A DNA stretch of 63,177 nucleotides, counting the filler, from Nemertoderma westbladi (Eukaryota > Animalia > Xenacoelomorpha): NCBI GenBank assembly GCA_032718475.1. It is 4 parts of 4 records of this genome, joined end to end, with 100 filler letters (N's around TTAATTAATTAA, not from the genome) between each part and the next. Parts side by side here need not be neighbours in the genome. Positions count along the whole stretch, not along the records: positions 29,659 to 55,959 come from JAUCBJ010000750.1; positions 56,060 to 63,177 come from JAUCBJ010006996.1; 2 more parts are not named here. One strand, 5' to 3'. The position numbers and the translations under genes are program-made. The stretch's first letter is position 1; each line of letters opens with the position of its first letter. Below, in pieces: positions 49,136-61,739 of the stretch. The notes beneath the pieces were generated by a model. It had not been told where the DNA came from and did no database searches. It was given only the letters and a program-made list of their open reading frames with translations.

Positions 49136-50596
49136 CAGGCTGCTGCAAAGAGCATTAAGACCAATCGTGCCAGTGGAGTAGATGGTGTTCCCCCTGAGGT
49201 CTTTAAAATACCTGAGTGTTTAAAGCGCATCTATCCCATCATAGTAGGCATGTACCGAACAACAAGAGTCCCACAAGAAATGAAAACAAATAAGTTGGTG
49301 CCAGTTCCCGAGAAGGGCAACCTAACACTATGGTTCTTTTCGGGGAATCTCATTGATCTCGATTGCTGCAAAGCTATACAATATAATTCTATTAAATCGT
49401 ATCAGGGATCCCATTGAGAGACTGCTCCGTGGAAATCAGAATGGGTTCCGTAAAGGTCGTGGGACCATGGAGCCCATTTTGGCACTTAGAAGGATAATTG
49501 AAGAGTTATCAAAAAAGAAAGACAGGCATCTGGCTGTTATCTTTGTTGACTTCTTCAGGGCCTTTGATTCAGTCTCCCGCTCACGTATGTTCAGCATACT
49601 TTCATTATATGGGATTCCTGATGAAATTATTGCAGCAATCAGATCAGTATACGATGGTTCGACAACATTTGTGTCTACTGTTGATGGTGACACAGAACCA
49701 TTTGAAGTGTTATGGGGCGTCCTCCAGGGAGACACACTTGCACCATTCTTGTTCATAATTGTGGTTGACTATGTTCTACGCATGTCCTTAGATCATCATA
49801 ATGATGATGGGGTGATGATAACTCCACCTACTGGCTCCAGAAGTCGAGGAAATCCTGCCAAGTACCTAACTGATCTATGACTTAGGAGTACTCTCAGAAT
49901 CACTAGAGGGAGCCCAACGGCTCCTCAGCTCATTAGAACATGCTGCTGCTTCTAGTGTTGGTCTTTTTATTAACTCCAGAAAGATCAAAATTTTGACAGT
50001 TAACTTTGAAAGTCCTCAGCAAGTCTCTGATCGGATGAGCATAAGCTCAAAGGATGGTATGTTTGAGCATGTGGACGACTTCTGTTACCTGGGATCATGG
50101 ATCCGGAAGTCAGGTGAGGACCTTCGAATATGTAAGGGAAAGGCATGGGCAGCCTTGAATAGGCTTTCCAGGATTTGGAAGTCACCGATAATTAATCGGA
50201 AACTTAAGGTCCGATTATTTAGAGCAGCAGTAGTTCCAGTACTCCTCTATGGGAGTCCATGATGGGCTCTAACTGCTGAGGACGCCAAATCTCTGGATGG
50301 CACATTCACAAGAATGCTACGCCAGGTTCATTCTGTCAAGTACAATGCACACATCTCCAACCAGACACTATAACATTAGAGGTGTCTCATTGGTTCCCCC
50401 AAGCTTGACACTAGAACAAAATCGCCTCCGCTTTGCATCTTAAAGGACACTGGCCTTGAAGATGCGGATGATCTAGCAAATGTCATGGGTGATAGGGAGT
50501 TGTGGCGGCCCAATTTTGTCGACAAGCCGGCACAGCGTTCTTAAAAATGCAGCTGCAATGCAGCATGCCGATACTAGTAGTAGTAGTACTAGTAGT
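49136..50596 (+). mobile_element. RTE LINE copy with deletions and stops, (TAG)n tail
   Basis: RASGVDGVPPE...RGISL...QNGFRKGR...QGDTLAP...YLGSW; tail at 50574-50596. Confidence 0.92.
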
Positions 50597-51322
50597 TCGA
50601 TTTTAGATTTTGGAGTTGATATACAAAACCTACTAAGCCTTTACATTATAATTGAGCTTAGCCTGAGTTGATGACAGTATTTCAACAATGACAATAGATA
50701 TAAATGATGTACTGCTTGACATTACATATCTGACTGAATAGAGATAGAACAATAATAATATTAACTATATATGTCATTGTTCATAAAATAGCACATTATA
50801 GCGTTACGGTACGAATGATTTTGTTTCCCGAGCGACAACGAGGGAAATAATAGAACGAGGGCCGTATAGTAAAATGTATGGCGTAGGGTCATACTGAGAA
50901 ATAATGTCGCACTGCGATATAATGCTTGAAAATATGTCGCCCTGGCGATTTGGTAGTGCGAAATTAATTCCTTACAAATAATTAAAATTAATTAATGTAC
51001 GTAACTCAAATTGACAATAAGTAGTGAAATGTTATTCAGCTGATAAACTGTAGCTGTGGGTATTTAATTTCGCGTTCCATAATGTTGATAATATGCTAAT
51101 ATTTCGAATTTCGCACATCGAATCATTCCCAACTTTTTTATTCAACAACTAGATACTAATTGTTAAATAGTCGCGTTAAAAATTGTTGCGTACCTGCTTG
51201 AGTTTTTGAGATATGGGATGGGTATACACACGTATATACATAACCAAATCGTGTTTTTGAACGGCTCAACTCTTGACAAGAACTACCCAGTCTAAACAGC
51301 TAATGACAGGTTCTTTATAATA

Positions 51323-52220
51323 CAAGGTGTTCGCCAGAATATGTTACGGTTTCATTCTTTAATAACTCTCCTGTACTTTGACGAAAATTGTTCATTTTGG
51401 TTCCAATTGAAAGCCAAAATAAAAACATTGGTATAAAACATGATGTGGTTCTCGAATGCTATCATTGCCATAGCAACGCTTAAATACAAATCCAGTATTG
51501 TGATATGATCATCAATGTGATATTAATATGATATTGATGAGATTTTAATTAATTTAATTTTTAAATGCCTTAACAGTTAGTTAGAGAATTTCACTAGTTT
51601 AAAACAAATAAATTAAAGTTTAAAGGGGAGCTAGAATAAAAGTCAGTATACTTCGATGTGGGCGCCACATTTTTCATGAGATCTTTCACTATGAGATCTT
51701 TTGTAAATGAGACAGAGGGATATCCTGCAATGCATGAGGAATGGCATTGGAGCTCATTCAAGATTCTAACTTGTTGAGCGTATACAATGTTCTTAATGTA
51801 ACCCCAGAGGTAAAGTCACAGGGCGTGAGATCTGGTGATCTGGAAGGCCAAGATATGGGTTCATCGCGGCCAATCCATTGCCATGGGAATGTCGTATCGA
51901 GATAGGCGAGGAGAGACAAACCCCGTTTGTTTGTTTTAAACTAGTGAAATTTTCTAACTAACTGTTAAGGCATTTAAAAATGAAATTAATTAAAATCGCA
52001 TCAATATCATATTAATATCACATTGATTATCATATCACAATACTGGATTTGTTTTTAAGCGTTGCTATGGCAATGTGTCATTCGAGAACCACATCATGTT
52101 TTATACCAATGTCTAAGTTTATATTCTGGCTTTCAATTGGAACCAAAATGAACACTTTTCGTCAAAGTGCAGGAGAGTTATTAAAGAATGAAACCGTAAC
52201 ATATTCTGGCGAACACCCGG
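51323..52220 (-). mobile_element. Tc1/mariner (maT/Tc3-like) deletion derivative with about 290-bp TIRs and TA TSD
   Basis: TA|CAAGGTGTTCGCCAGAATATG ... CATATTCTGGCGAACACCCGG|TA; interior minus strand encodes WPSRSPDLTPCDF/LWGYIKNIVY. Confidence 0.9.
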
Positions 52221-52528
52221 TATATTATACTCTCCACAAAACAATTCAACCCCCCCCCCCCCCCCCCCCACCCCCAATGTACATACAATGAATGATATTG
52301 TTCTTGGCCGACTCTAAACGATTATCACATGAATTTGGCTTTGATTTCAGTTATAAATAAATATAACCACTAAACCCAAACCAATATTAATGAAATAATA
52401 TAAAATTTATGTTGTTTATGAATAATTACATTCTTCAATTTTATCGTCATTTTTTAATAACTTCATTCCTTTTTTTAAGGTTCAAATTAACATTAGCGTG
52501 CATACAGTAGCTATACAGAGTACTTATA

Positions 52529-54844
52529 ATGGCGTTAGTAGTTGGCGGACCTGACTACGAGTTTATTGACTCGCGAATAGTCGGAGAATCGCGTGCTCTA
52601 GAATTGCTCCAGACTGTTGGGAAGCGAATAAGTATATCGGCCGAGTCCAGTGGACCTATCAACCGAATGGGTTCAATAGAACTACTCACTGTCGCTCACG
52701 TCTTCAATCAAACATTTATTTTCGATATTAGAAAGTTAGGCAAAGCGTTTCTTAAAAGATCGGCGTTAAAAGATTTATTGGAGTCACACAGACATATCAA
52801 GTTTACATTTGATTGTCGAGGATTGGCTGATTGTTTGTGGGCTGTTTACGATATTCGGTTGTCAAACGCGATGGATATTGTGATAATGGACCACATGGTT
52901 CAACATTTCAATCACTATTGGGGGTCAAAAGTTCCTAGGAGGCAGCTAGGTAGGTTGATGACACCGACAGTTACAGTACTGTATGTAGAATACGAGCGCA
53001 TGTCCGACCCTATTTAAAAAAATAGTATTACTCTAGTTTTATTTTTGCTTTCATTCTTTAGCTGCGAGTGTTTATAAAAGTCCAATTTCTTAGCTATTTC
53101 GCAACGAATTTTTTTTTACCAACAAATCGCTATAAGGGGGGCTGGTGCAATATCGATGATGAGATCTTTTTATAAGCGCTTGTACCGGTACCGTAGCTAA
53201 AGATTGAAAATTAAAATACAAATTCTGTGAAAATTTGCGCCTTCTTTCGATTAGGCCTAATATGAATCGACAGGCTTATATTCCTTATGAACCCTATTAT
53301 TTATCTTTCCAAAAACATTTGTGCCATATACCAATCCTACAGTTTATTATTGGTAGGCCTATTTTATTATTTATATGGGTGTGTAATTATGTCTATTAAT
53401 TCAACAGGTGTAATTTATTGTAGTTAAAAACTTATAGTTAGAGTTAATTATTTATCATAAGTGGCCGTGATGGTTCATGTTTATCACTACCCCCCTTTTA
53501 TTGTAGCGAGTGGTTAAACAAATAAATACAGTAGGATTGAGCACACAATGGCCATAGATGATTGGTAGGCCTATTGGTATGAGAATGAGGACGTAAATTG
53601 CGGGCACACAAGGCATCAGGTAGTATTTCCAGGTCTATATTTTACATGAGCCGCTAGCTGAATGGTTAGAGCGTCAGACTTCCAACCCGGAGATCACTAA
53701 TTCGATCCCACGTCATATTTGTCTTTTAGGGAAAATTCAACGCATAACAGCTGATTACTCCCAAAATTAAAACTGTAACTAGTGTATTGTTTTGGTTAGA
53801 ATAACGTGTCACTGTAACCTGTTCCTTTCTGAGCCCCACCCCTTTTCTCTCCAAACGATTCAGCACTTTCCAAAACATCTAGTAATCAAAAATGTTATAA
53901 TTGTTGTCAAACTTTGTGCCGCTTAAAGCAAACCAAAAAGTGGCACTGTTGAACTCTGCTTCTTCTGATCTGGTCGGAAATATGCCTCAAACAGGTCCTA
54001 CATTAGCATATCATATTGGTAGTGGGAGGGGGGCTTTTTAATTCACCATTAATTCAAATCCAGGTACATACTGTAGTACGGCACAACTTATCTACAGTCA
54101 CTAGAGCGGAAACTGGTGGCCGGAGGAGGTACCGGTACTGTTATTCTTGTTAATTGAATTTACCCCCCCCACTGAATGTGGTATTGTATTGTATTTTTAG
54201 AATCAACAGCCAACACGAATGTCATAACCCCAACAACACAGACCTACCGACTAAACGATATATCCCAGTGCTTAAAGCTGTACGGTGGATCATTACGTCA
54301 AGATATTGTAAAAAATGTCTCCCTCAAGGTAGACAATGAAACTGAGGTGATGGATTACTGGAGTCGGAGGCCTTTAGATAATGATCAGTTGGTTGAAACC
54401 GCAGCTTACGGCCAGGCTGTATTCTGTCTACACGACGCCATAACTTATGTATTCCGCGAGACAAACAAGAGCAATGAAGTGGCTACCTTAAACGAGTACT
54501 TGAAGGAATCCTCTAACATTTTCCTGGATATTTTCCGAAAGAAAACCGAACGAAGTTACGACCGTTACGAGATTAACGGGTATCTCCCACAGGGGGTTGT
54601 CTGCGTGAAGGACTCGGAATCGCCGAGGACTACCGATAAACCCGGTTCGGTCCAATGCGTAGGTTGCCAGTCCTTGTTTGTTAGGCGAATTTTCTCTAAG
54701 AACGCCATGCGAAAAAGTAAACCCATGTGTTGCGTTTGTAAAACTGTAAAATTTGAAGAAGATAACAAAATTAACAAAATTACGATTGAAAATGAGAAAG
54801 TTCTGAGAAAATTGCAAACGCTAAATAATGATTTACTAGACTAA
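52529..54844 (+). CDS. EXD1/egalitarian-like 3'-5' exonuclease-domain protein; exons 52529-52949 and 54201-54844, about 354 aa
   Basis: ISISAES.G..RMG.IELL, FIFDI..LG..F....LKDLLES...K..FDCR..ADCL...Y.I.L.N.MD and YWSRRPL. Phase-1 donor CTAG|gtaggt and acceptor tttttag|AA join in frame. C-terminal CxxC...FSK...CxxC. Confidence 0.8.
53649..53830 (+). mobile_element. tRNA-derived SINE or tRNA pseudogene in the intron
   Basis: A box TAGCTGAATGG, TTCGATCC B box, CTTCCAA loop; stems do not pair as a functional tRNA. Confidence 0.55.
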
Positions 54845-54971
54845 ATGCCGGAAAGTTTTTAATTACGTTTAAGTCTTGTAATACAGTATAGCACCTTATT
54901 AAGAGAGAATGATATGTGTATAATACACGTTGTGGGGCTTTCGCGCAGCACGAGAGCCTATATACTGTTAA

Positions 54972-55238
54972 GGCCATGATACAGGAGCGGCGAGCGGCCG
55001 CGGCAAGCGGACACTTTTTAAAAATAGAACACATTATTTTCTATGGTATTATGGTATGGTATTTTCTATGATACACCACAAATGGCTGCTGCCGCTCGCC
55101 CCTCCTATAGTGTATCATACTAAAAGTCACCGCTCACATCGGCCGCTGCCGCTCGCCGCTCCTATATAGTGTATCATACTAAAAGTCACCGCTCACATCG
55201 GCCGCTGCCGCTCGCCGATCCTGCGGTGTATCATGGCC
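54972..55238. mobile_element. MITE flanked by TTAA
   Basis: TTAA|GGCCATGATACA ... TGTATCATGGCC|TTAA; internal about 59-bp repeats. Superfamily ambiguous. Confidence 0.8.
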
Positions 55239-55284
55239 TTAAGCAATCCATGCAATCCACAATTGGCTCTATCCAATGCAGTGT

Positions 55285-55412
55285 GCATTAAGAATACTAT
55301 GCCGGTTTATCGACAAAATTGTGCCGCCACAACTCCATGACTTCCGCGAGATCATCCGCATCTTCAAGACCAGTGTCCCTTAAGAGGCCTCTCAAGAAAG
55401 TCATGGGCTATC
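55285..55412 (-). mobile_element. Diverged RTE 3'-end fragment
   Basis: Matches the 3' end of the other RTE copies. Confidence 0.75.
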
Positions 55413-55959
55413 CTCTCTCTCAGCACGGAGCATGGGGTTTCGATAATGTCGCAGTGCGACATTAATACAGAATTTCATTTAGTGCCGTAACGCTATAAAG
55501 TGTTATTCTATGAATATTGACGTTGACGTATATAGTTATTATTCAACTAATTGCAGTTACTACAACAAATAATAGTAATATTATACGAACATATATATAG
55601 TGGCTAACATCCAAGCGCGTTTAATAGAGAATACACAATATATTTTTAATGTATTGTTATTAATTAATTTATTGTTATAATTTATTGTTTATAAGTGATT
55701 GATTACATTTCATCGCCTCAAGTTTTACCTGAGCGCTGATAAGTTGATATGTACTGTATCAAAACTAAACCTTCATATCTGAAATACAGTAATAAACTCA
55801 ATAGATTCCAGGACAGTACCCGTGCCAATTGATGCAAAAACAGACGGGAACAATGGATCAATTAAATAAATAATCTAATTTATTAACGACATAATATACT
55901 ATAACAAAACAAACAATACTATGAAGGGCATTACAGTAAATAAATAAATAAGAAATTTA

Positions 55960-56059
55960 NNNNNNNNNNNNNNNNNNNNNNNNNNNNNNNNNNNNNNNNN
56001 NNNTTAATTAATTAANNNNNNNNNNNNNNNNNNNNNNNNNNNNNNNNNNNNNNNNNNNN
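55960..56059. other. Artificial contig linker
   Basis: N-TTAATTAATTAA-N. Confidence 0.97.
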
Positions 56060-56136
56060 ACAGGTGGCACCTCCTTTATGCTGCATGGAGGTGGCAAGTT
56101 TTCTTGATCAATGACCTAGAATACCTGACCTGACCT
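56060..56136 (-). mobile_element. Second copy of the RTE 5' leader seen at 2219-2295
   Basis: ACAGGTGGCACCTCC...TACCTGACCTGACCT is near-identical to 2219-2295. Confidence 0.8.
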
Positions 56137-56281
56137 ACTTTGTCCAGACAACAAAGAGCGGATTCTTAGTTTGGAAGTCGATAATTCAAATTGACCGCGC
56201 GGATTTTGGCAATCCCCAGTCCGTAGTCCGCCAGTCCGCAGTCCGCTCTTTACATGCACCCGGTTTGCCATGGGTGTGGTG

Positions 56282-58464
56282 CAAGGCGTCCTTTAATACA
56301 GGCCATGCAGCCGAGATTTAGGTAAAATTAGCGTAGGCTGAAACTTTTTGTATTGCCCACTTCAGTCACAGCAGTACTACTGCTGTACACTGCAGTACGT
56401 TTGTGTGTCAGTACCAGAGTACTGCGACTAACATTCCTGCTGAGTTAGACTAATTTGTATTAATTTAATTAGTTCGTTATAGTTTGCTAATTAAAAACAA
56501 GTTTTGTTTATTTCGTTCCACATTCTTAGGCCTATATTTTAGGTAACTGCCTACTATAGACCTGTAGACTGATAATGCCTCGTAAATGCTGTAATGCGTG
56601 GCTGCGGGCGCTTCCCAATATCGTGGACTTACACAACCTTCCCATAACTTGGTGGCTGCCATTGCGTACTCCTACGTATTTTACGAACAATCAGGGAGTG
56701 CGTTTCACTGTCGCAAGCGCCTTCTCTCAGCGATAGTCACCATTATTAGATTATATGGCCTGGAAGATAGTTTGATTACGAAGAGCAATTACAAAATGCT
56801 CCGTAGACTATGTAACATTATTTTAAATAACACATGCCAAAGATATTTCTGTGCCGCAGAAACAGGCAAAGTTTAATTAACTACCCTACTGTCTCCGAAA
56901 CTCTGTCGCCAGCGCCACCATTTCGCCACATCCAAAACTGAGACATTTCTCTACTGGGGGGTCACAAGTTGAGTCCGAGCCCGGAGAGACTCATTAAAAC
57001 CGAGACATTTCTCTACAGGGGGGTCACAAGTTGAGTCCGAGCCCGGAGAGACTCATTAAAACCGAGACATTTCTCTACTGGGGGTCACAAGTTGAGTCCG
57101 AGCCCGGAGAGACTCATTAAAACCGAGACATTTCTCTACAGGGGGTCACAAGTTGAGTCCGAGCCCGGAGAGACTCATTAAAACCGAGACATTTCTCTAC
57201 AGGGGGTCACAAGTTGAGTCCGAGCCCGGAGAGACTCATTAAAACCGAGACATTTCTCTACTGGGGGTCACAAGTTGAGTCCGAGCCCGGAGAGACTCAT
57301 TAAAACCGAGACATTTCTCTACTGGGGGTCACAAGTTGAGTCCGAGCCCGGAGAGACTCATTAAAACCGAGACATTTCTCTACAGGGGGTCACAAGTTGA
57401 GTCCGAGCCCGGAGAGACTCATTAAAACCGAGACATTTCTCTACTGGGGGTCACAAGTTGAGTCCGAGCCCGGAGAGACTCATTAAAACCGAGACATTTC
57501 TCTACTGGGGGTCACAAGTTGAGTCCGAGCCCGGAGAGACTCATTAAAACCGAGACATTTCTCTACAGGGGGTCACAAGTTGAGTCCGAGCCCGGAGAGA
57601 CTCATAAAAACTGAGATATTTCTCTACAGGGGAGTCACTCACTTGTTTAATTTTGGTTTACATTTTAATTTTATATTTAATCATCTATTTAATTAATGAA
57701 GAGCCCGTATCGGGGCCATTGATATGTTTTCACACTGGTGCGGGGAATATCGGGTCGGCAATCGTAATAAAATAAATACAAATATAAATAATAAAGTAAT
57801 AACATAATAACATAATAACATAAAGTACTAGACAATGATATAAAGTAAAAGTATAGGTACCTAATAATAATATAAAGTAATAATATAACTTATAACCATA
57901 AGTCCATAACCATAACGCCACCGCTACACCATGTCACCAGGTCCACCCAAACGACACCGCCATTATGTCGCCATATCCACCAAAGCCACGCCTTCTACTA
58001 TTAGTATTAAATGAATGGTTAATTATAGTAAATAAATATAATATTATTAAGAAGTTTTCCTTTTAGATTTCAATGGTCTATAATATAATATAATATCCAA
58101 ATCCATAAAACCAAAATTAAATATAAAACTGCACCAGCATCCCACCACCAATCAGAACAAAACAATTAAGACAATACAATTTAACATACAATTAAAAATG
58201 GTGCACCGTGAATTAATAATGGTCTGCGAGATTATTAAGAAGTTGTTTGATTAGACGCCATTTGAAATGTCTAAATATTAGTACAAACATATATAAATTA
58301 CAAAATATAGTTTACTGAAGTATATTTCAACTAATAAGATACAAACATTGTCTTACTACCCATAATATTCATTGAAATTCCTATATAGCCCATTGTAAAA
58401 ACTTTCAGCCTACGCTAATTTTGACTAAATCTCGGCTGCATGGCCTGTATTAAAGGACGCCTTG
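56282..58464. mobile_element. Non-autonomous hAT-like element with about 75-bp TIRs, 8-bp TSD and internal satellite
   Basis: CAAGGCGTCCTTTAATACAGGCCATGCAGCCGAGATTTAG and its reverse complement; GTGTGGTG at 56274-81 and 58465-72. Confidence 0.9.
56934..57636. repeat. 61-bp tandem array, 11 full copies plus a partial
   Basis: GAGACATTTCTCTAC(A/T)GGGGGTCACAAGTTGAGTCCGAGCCCGGAGAGACTCATTAAAACC; no spacers. Confidence 0.97.
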
Positions 58465-58567
58465 GTGTGGTGAACCAGGGTGGGTGTCGCAGTTGAGTCA
58501 GATATAGAGCCCATCGCCCATACTTACTGATGCACATGACCCACCATTGGCTGTGCAGCTCATCTGC

Positions 58568-60022
58568 TACTACTACTAGTATCGGCATGCTGCATTGCAG
58601 CTGCATTTTTAAGAATGCTGTGCCGGCTTGCCGACAAAATTGCGCCGCCACAACTCCCTATCACCCATGATATTTGCTAGATCATCCGCATCTTCAGGGC
58701 CAGTGTCCTTTAAGATGCGTCTCAAGAAAGTCATGGGTTGTCCACCATGCTTATTCACTCCATGAGGTTGCCAAAGTACAAGATTATGCACTGGCTGGTC
58801 CTCACGGCGAAAGCAATGTCCTGCAAAGCGGAGGCGATTTTGTTCTAGTGTCAAGCTTGGGGGAACCAATGAGACACCTCCAATGTTATATAGTGTCTGG
58901 TTGGAGATGTGTGCATTGTACTTGACACAATGAACCAGGCGTAGCATTCTTGTGAATGTGCCATCCAGAGATTTGGTGTCCTCAGCAGTTAGAGCCCAGC
59001 ATGGACTCCCATAGAGGAGTACTGGAACTACTGCTGCTCTAAATAATCGGACCTTAAGTTTCCGATTAATTCTCGGTGAATTCCAAATCCTGGAAAGCCT
59101 ATTCAAGCCTGCCCATGCCTTTCCCTTACGTATTCGAAGGTCCTCACCTGACTTCCGGATCCATGATCCCAGGTAACAGAAGCCGTCCACATGCTCAAGC
59201 ATACCATCCTTTGAGCTTATGCTCATCCGAACAGAGACTTGCTGAGAACTTTCAAAGTTAACTGTCAAAATTTTGGTCTTTCTGGAGTTAATAAAAAGAC
59301 AAACACTAGAAGCAGCATATTCTAATGAGCTGAGGAGCCGTTGGCTCCCTCTAGTGATTCTGAGAGTACTCCTAAGTCATCAGCAAAGTCTAGATCAGTT
59401 ATGTACTTGGCAGAATTTCCTCGACTTCTGGAGCCAGTAGGTGGAGTTATCATCACCCCATCATCATTATGATGATCTAAGGACATGCGTAGAACATAGT
59501 CAACAACAATTATGAACAAGAATGGTGCAAGTGTGTCTCCCTGGAGGACGCCCCATAACACTTCAAATGGTTCTGTGTCACCATCAACAGTAGACACAAA
59601 TGTTGTCGAACCATCGTATACTGATCTGATTGCTGCAATAATTTCATCAGGAATCCCATATAATGAAAGTATGCTGAACATACGTGAGCGGGAGAATGAA
59701 TCAAAGGCCTTGAAGAAGTCAACAAAGATAACAGCCAGATGCCTGTCTTTCTTTTTTGATAACTCTTCAATTATCCTTCTAAGTGCCAAAATGGGTTCCA
59801 TGGTCCCACGACCTTTACGGAACCCATTCTGATTTCCACGGAGAAGTCTCTCAATGGGATCCCTGATGCGATTTAATAGAATTCTATTGTATAGCTTTGC
59901 AGCAATCGAGATCAATGAGATTCCCCGAAAAGAACCATAGAGTGTTAGGTTGCCCTTCTTGGGAACTGGCACCAACTTATTTGTTTTCATTTCTTGTGGG
60001 ACTCTTGTTGTTCGGCCATGCC
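58568..60022 (-). mobile_element. RTE LINE copy (ORFs 59322-59990 and 58609-59268, one frameshift)
   Basis: Full RT motif set and (TAG)n tail at 58568-58580. Confidence 0.93.
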
Positions 60023-60532
60023 CTGTACCCCTGCTGCCAGGTGCAGGTCGCAGTGGAGTGCACTCATAGTGGACATGAGAACACTCTACCCCTTACCAGC
60101 CATTGGTAGATTGCCATCTGCCTGGTCAGGCCATATAAACCTGCAGCCGATTAATTCAGGACCTTTCCCATTCCCATAACGATGAGGGTCCTAGTTAGAG
60201 GACCAGATTATTATGCAACTAGTAAGAGGCTCTATGCAGCAACATGTGACACCTCCTTTAAGCTACAATGTAATAAAATGTATGTTGAATATATTACAAC
60301 TAACCATAACCAATAGCACTCCATGTCTGTCGTACATAAAATCATTTGAGATCAATGAGATACAGTATATCATTAACTATAAAATACAGTATATCTTTCA
60401 ACTCCTTAAATGTAACAGATTGCGTGAGGAATTTCCAATATAACATAAACAAAACAATGACAAATTATTCACTCAGCTGTTGGAAGAGATAAGGTAGGTT
60501 GAAGAAATATTGTATTACTACTAATAGTGCTA

Positions 60533-61167
60533 CTACTAGGATCAGCATGCTGCATTGCAGCTGCATTTTTAAGAATGCTGTGCCGGCTTGTCGACAAAAT
60601 TGCGCCGCCACAACTCCCTATCACCCATGACATTTGCGAGATCATCCGCATCTTCAAGGCCAGTGTCCTTTAATTATCCCAGGACCAGGTTGTCTTAAGA
60701 TGCGTCTCAAGAAAGTCATGGGCTGTCCACCATGCTTATTCACTCCATGAGACTGCAAAAGTACAACATTATGCACTGGATGGTCCTCAGGGCGAAAGCA
60801 ATGTCCTGCAAAGCGGTGGCGATTTTGTTCTAGTGCCAAGCTTGGGGAAACCAATGAGACACTTCCAATGTTATATAGTGTCTGGTTGGAGATGTGTGCA
60901 TTGTACTTGACACAATGACGTAGCATTCTTGTGAATGTGCCATCCAGAGATTTGGTGTCCTCAGCAGTTAGAGCCCAGCATGGACTCCCATAGAGGAGTA
61001 CTGGAACTACTGCTGCTCTAAATCGGACCTTAAGTTTCCGATTAATTCTCGGTGACTTCCAAATCCTGGAAAACCTATTCAAGGTTGCCCAGGCTTTCCC
61101 TTACGTATTCGTAAGGGATCCCAGGTAACAGAAGTCGTCCACATGCTCAAGCATACCATCCTTTTAG
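60533..61167 (-). mobile_element. 5'-truncated RTE copy with 15-bp TSD
   Basis: CTACTAATAGTGCTA at 60518-32 and 61168-82. Confidence 0.92.
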
Positions 61168-61194
61168 CTACTAATAGTGCTAAGTTACACCAAA

Positions 61195-61480
61195 GTGGGG
61201 CTTCGCGCAGCACTAGAGCCTTTGCGGAGCAATAAAATTAGTGGACCTGTTCACATCCCCTAGCGGTCGGTAGTGGAGCTATAGCCGTCTGTATCTATGT
61301 AGACTTTGTAAACTTTTGATAGACTGCATGTGTACCAAGTTTGGTTACATTCCATCAATCATTAACTCACTTATTATCACAATTTTTCTTTTCAAGCCAA
61401 ATATTAATCTATTGTTGGATGAAATTAAGAAAATCATCTGAATAAACCAATGGAGAAATGTGACGTCATCTTTATAACAT
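61195..61480. mobile_element. Partial copy of the GTGGGG-ended family (another end at 54932)
   Basis: GTGGGGCTTCGCGCAGCAC start; CATGTGTACCAAGTTTGG shared with about 18814. Confidence 0.55.
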
Positions 61481-61739
61481 CCAGGTTTATCTTTCTTCTT
61501 TGTTTTTTCTTCACCCAATTCCTCTCAGACGATGCCCTTATGAGTAAGGTGGTAAGTATTTAATTTGCCTATATTTTTACGTAATAATATTATTAATTGC
61601 ATTAGTATTAATGTTGCACCAATAGACTCCAACCAACTGGAGTTACATTTTAGATCTCTTCTTGGCACTCCTAACGATCCACCGGATGCTGATCCAGTCC
61701 CTGAAACAACAGAAGCTGAGCGAAACTCCGATGATTAGT

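Noticed and set aside
53649-53715. Functional tRNA-Gly(TCC)
   Set aside because: Acceptor, anticodon and T stems do not pair; kept only as tRNA-derived.
56934-57636. CRISPR-like array
   Set aside because: Units are contiguous with no unique spacers, no cas genes are present, and the context is a eukaryotic transposon.
60172-60210. Hammerhead-like GATGAG-GGTCCT/AGGACC hairpin
   Set aside because: Lacks the CUGA start and the GAAA after stem II; no stems I or III found.
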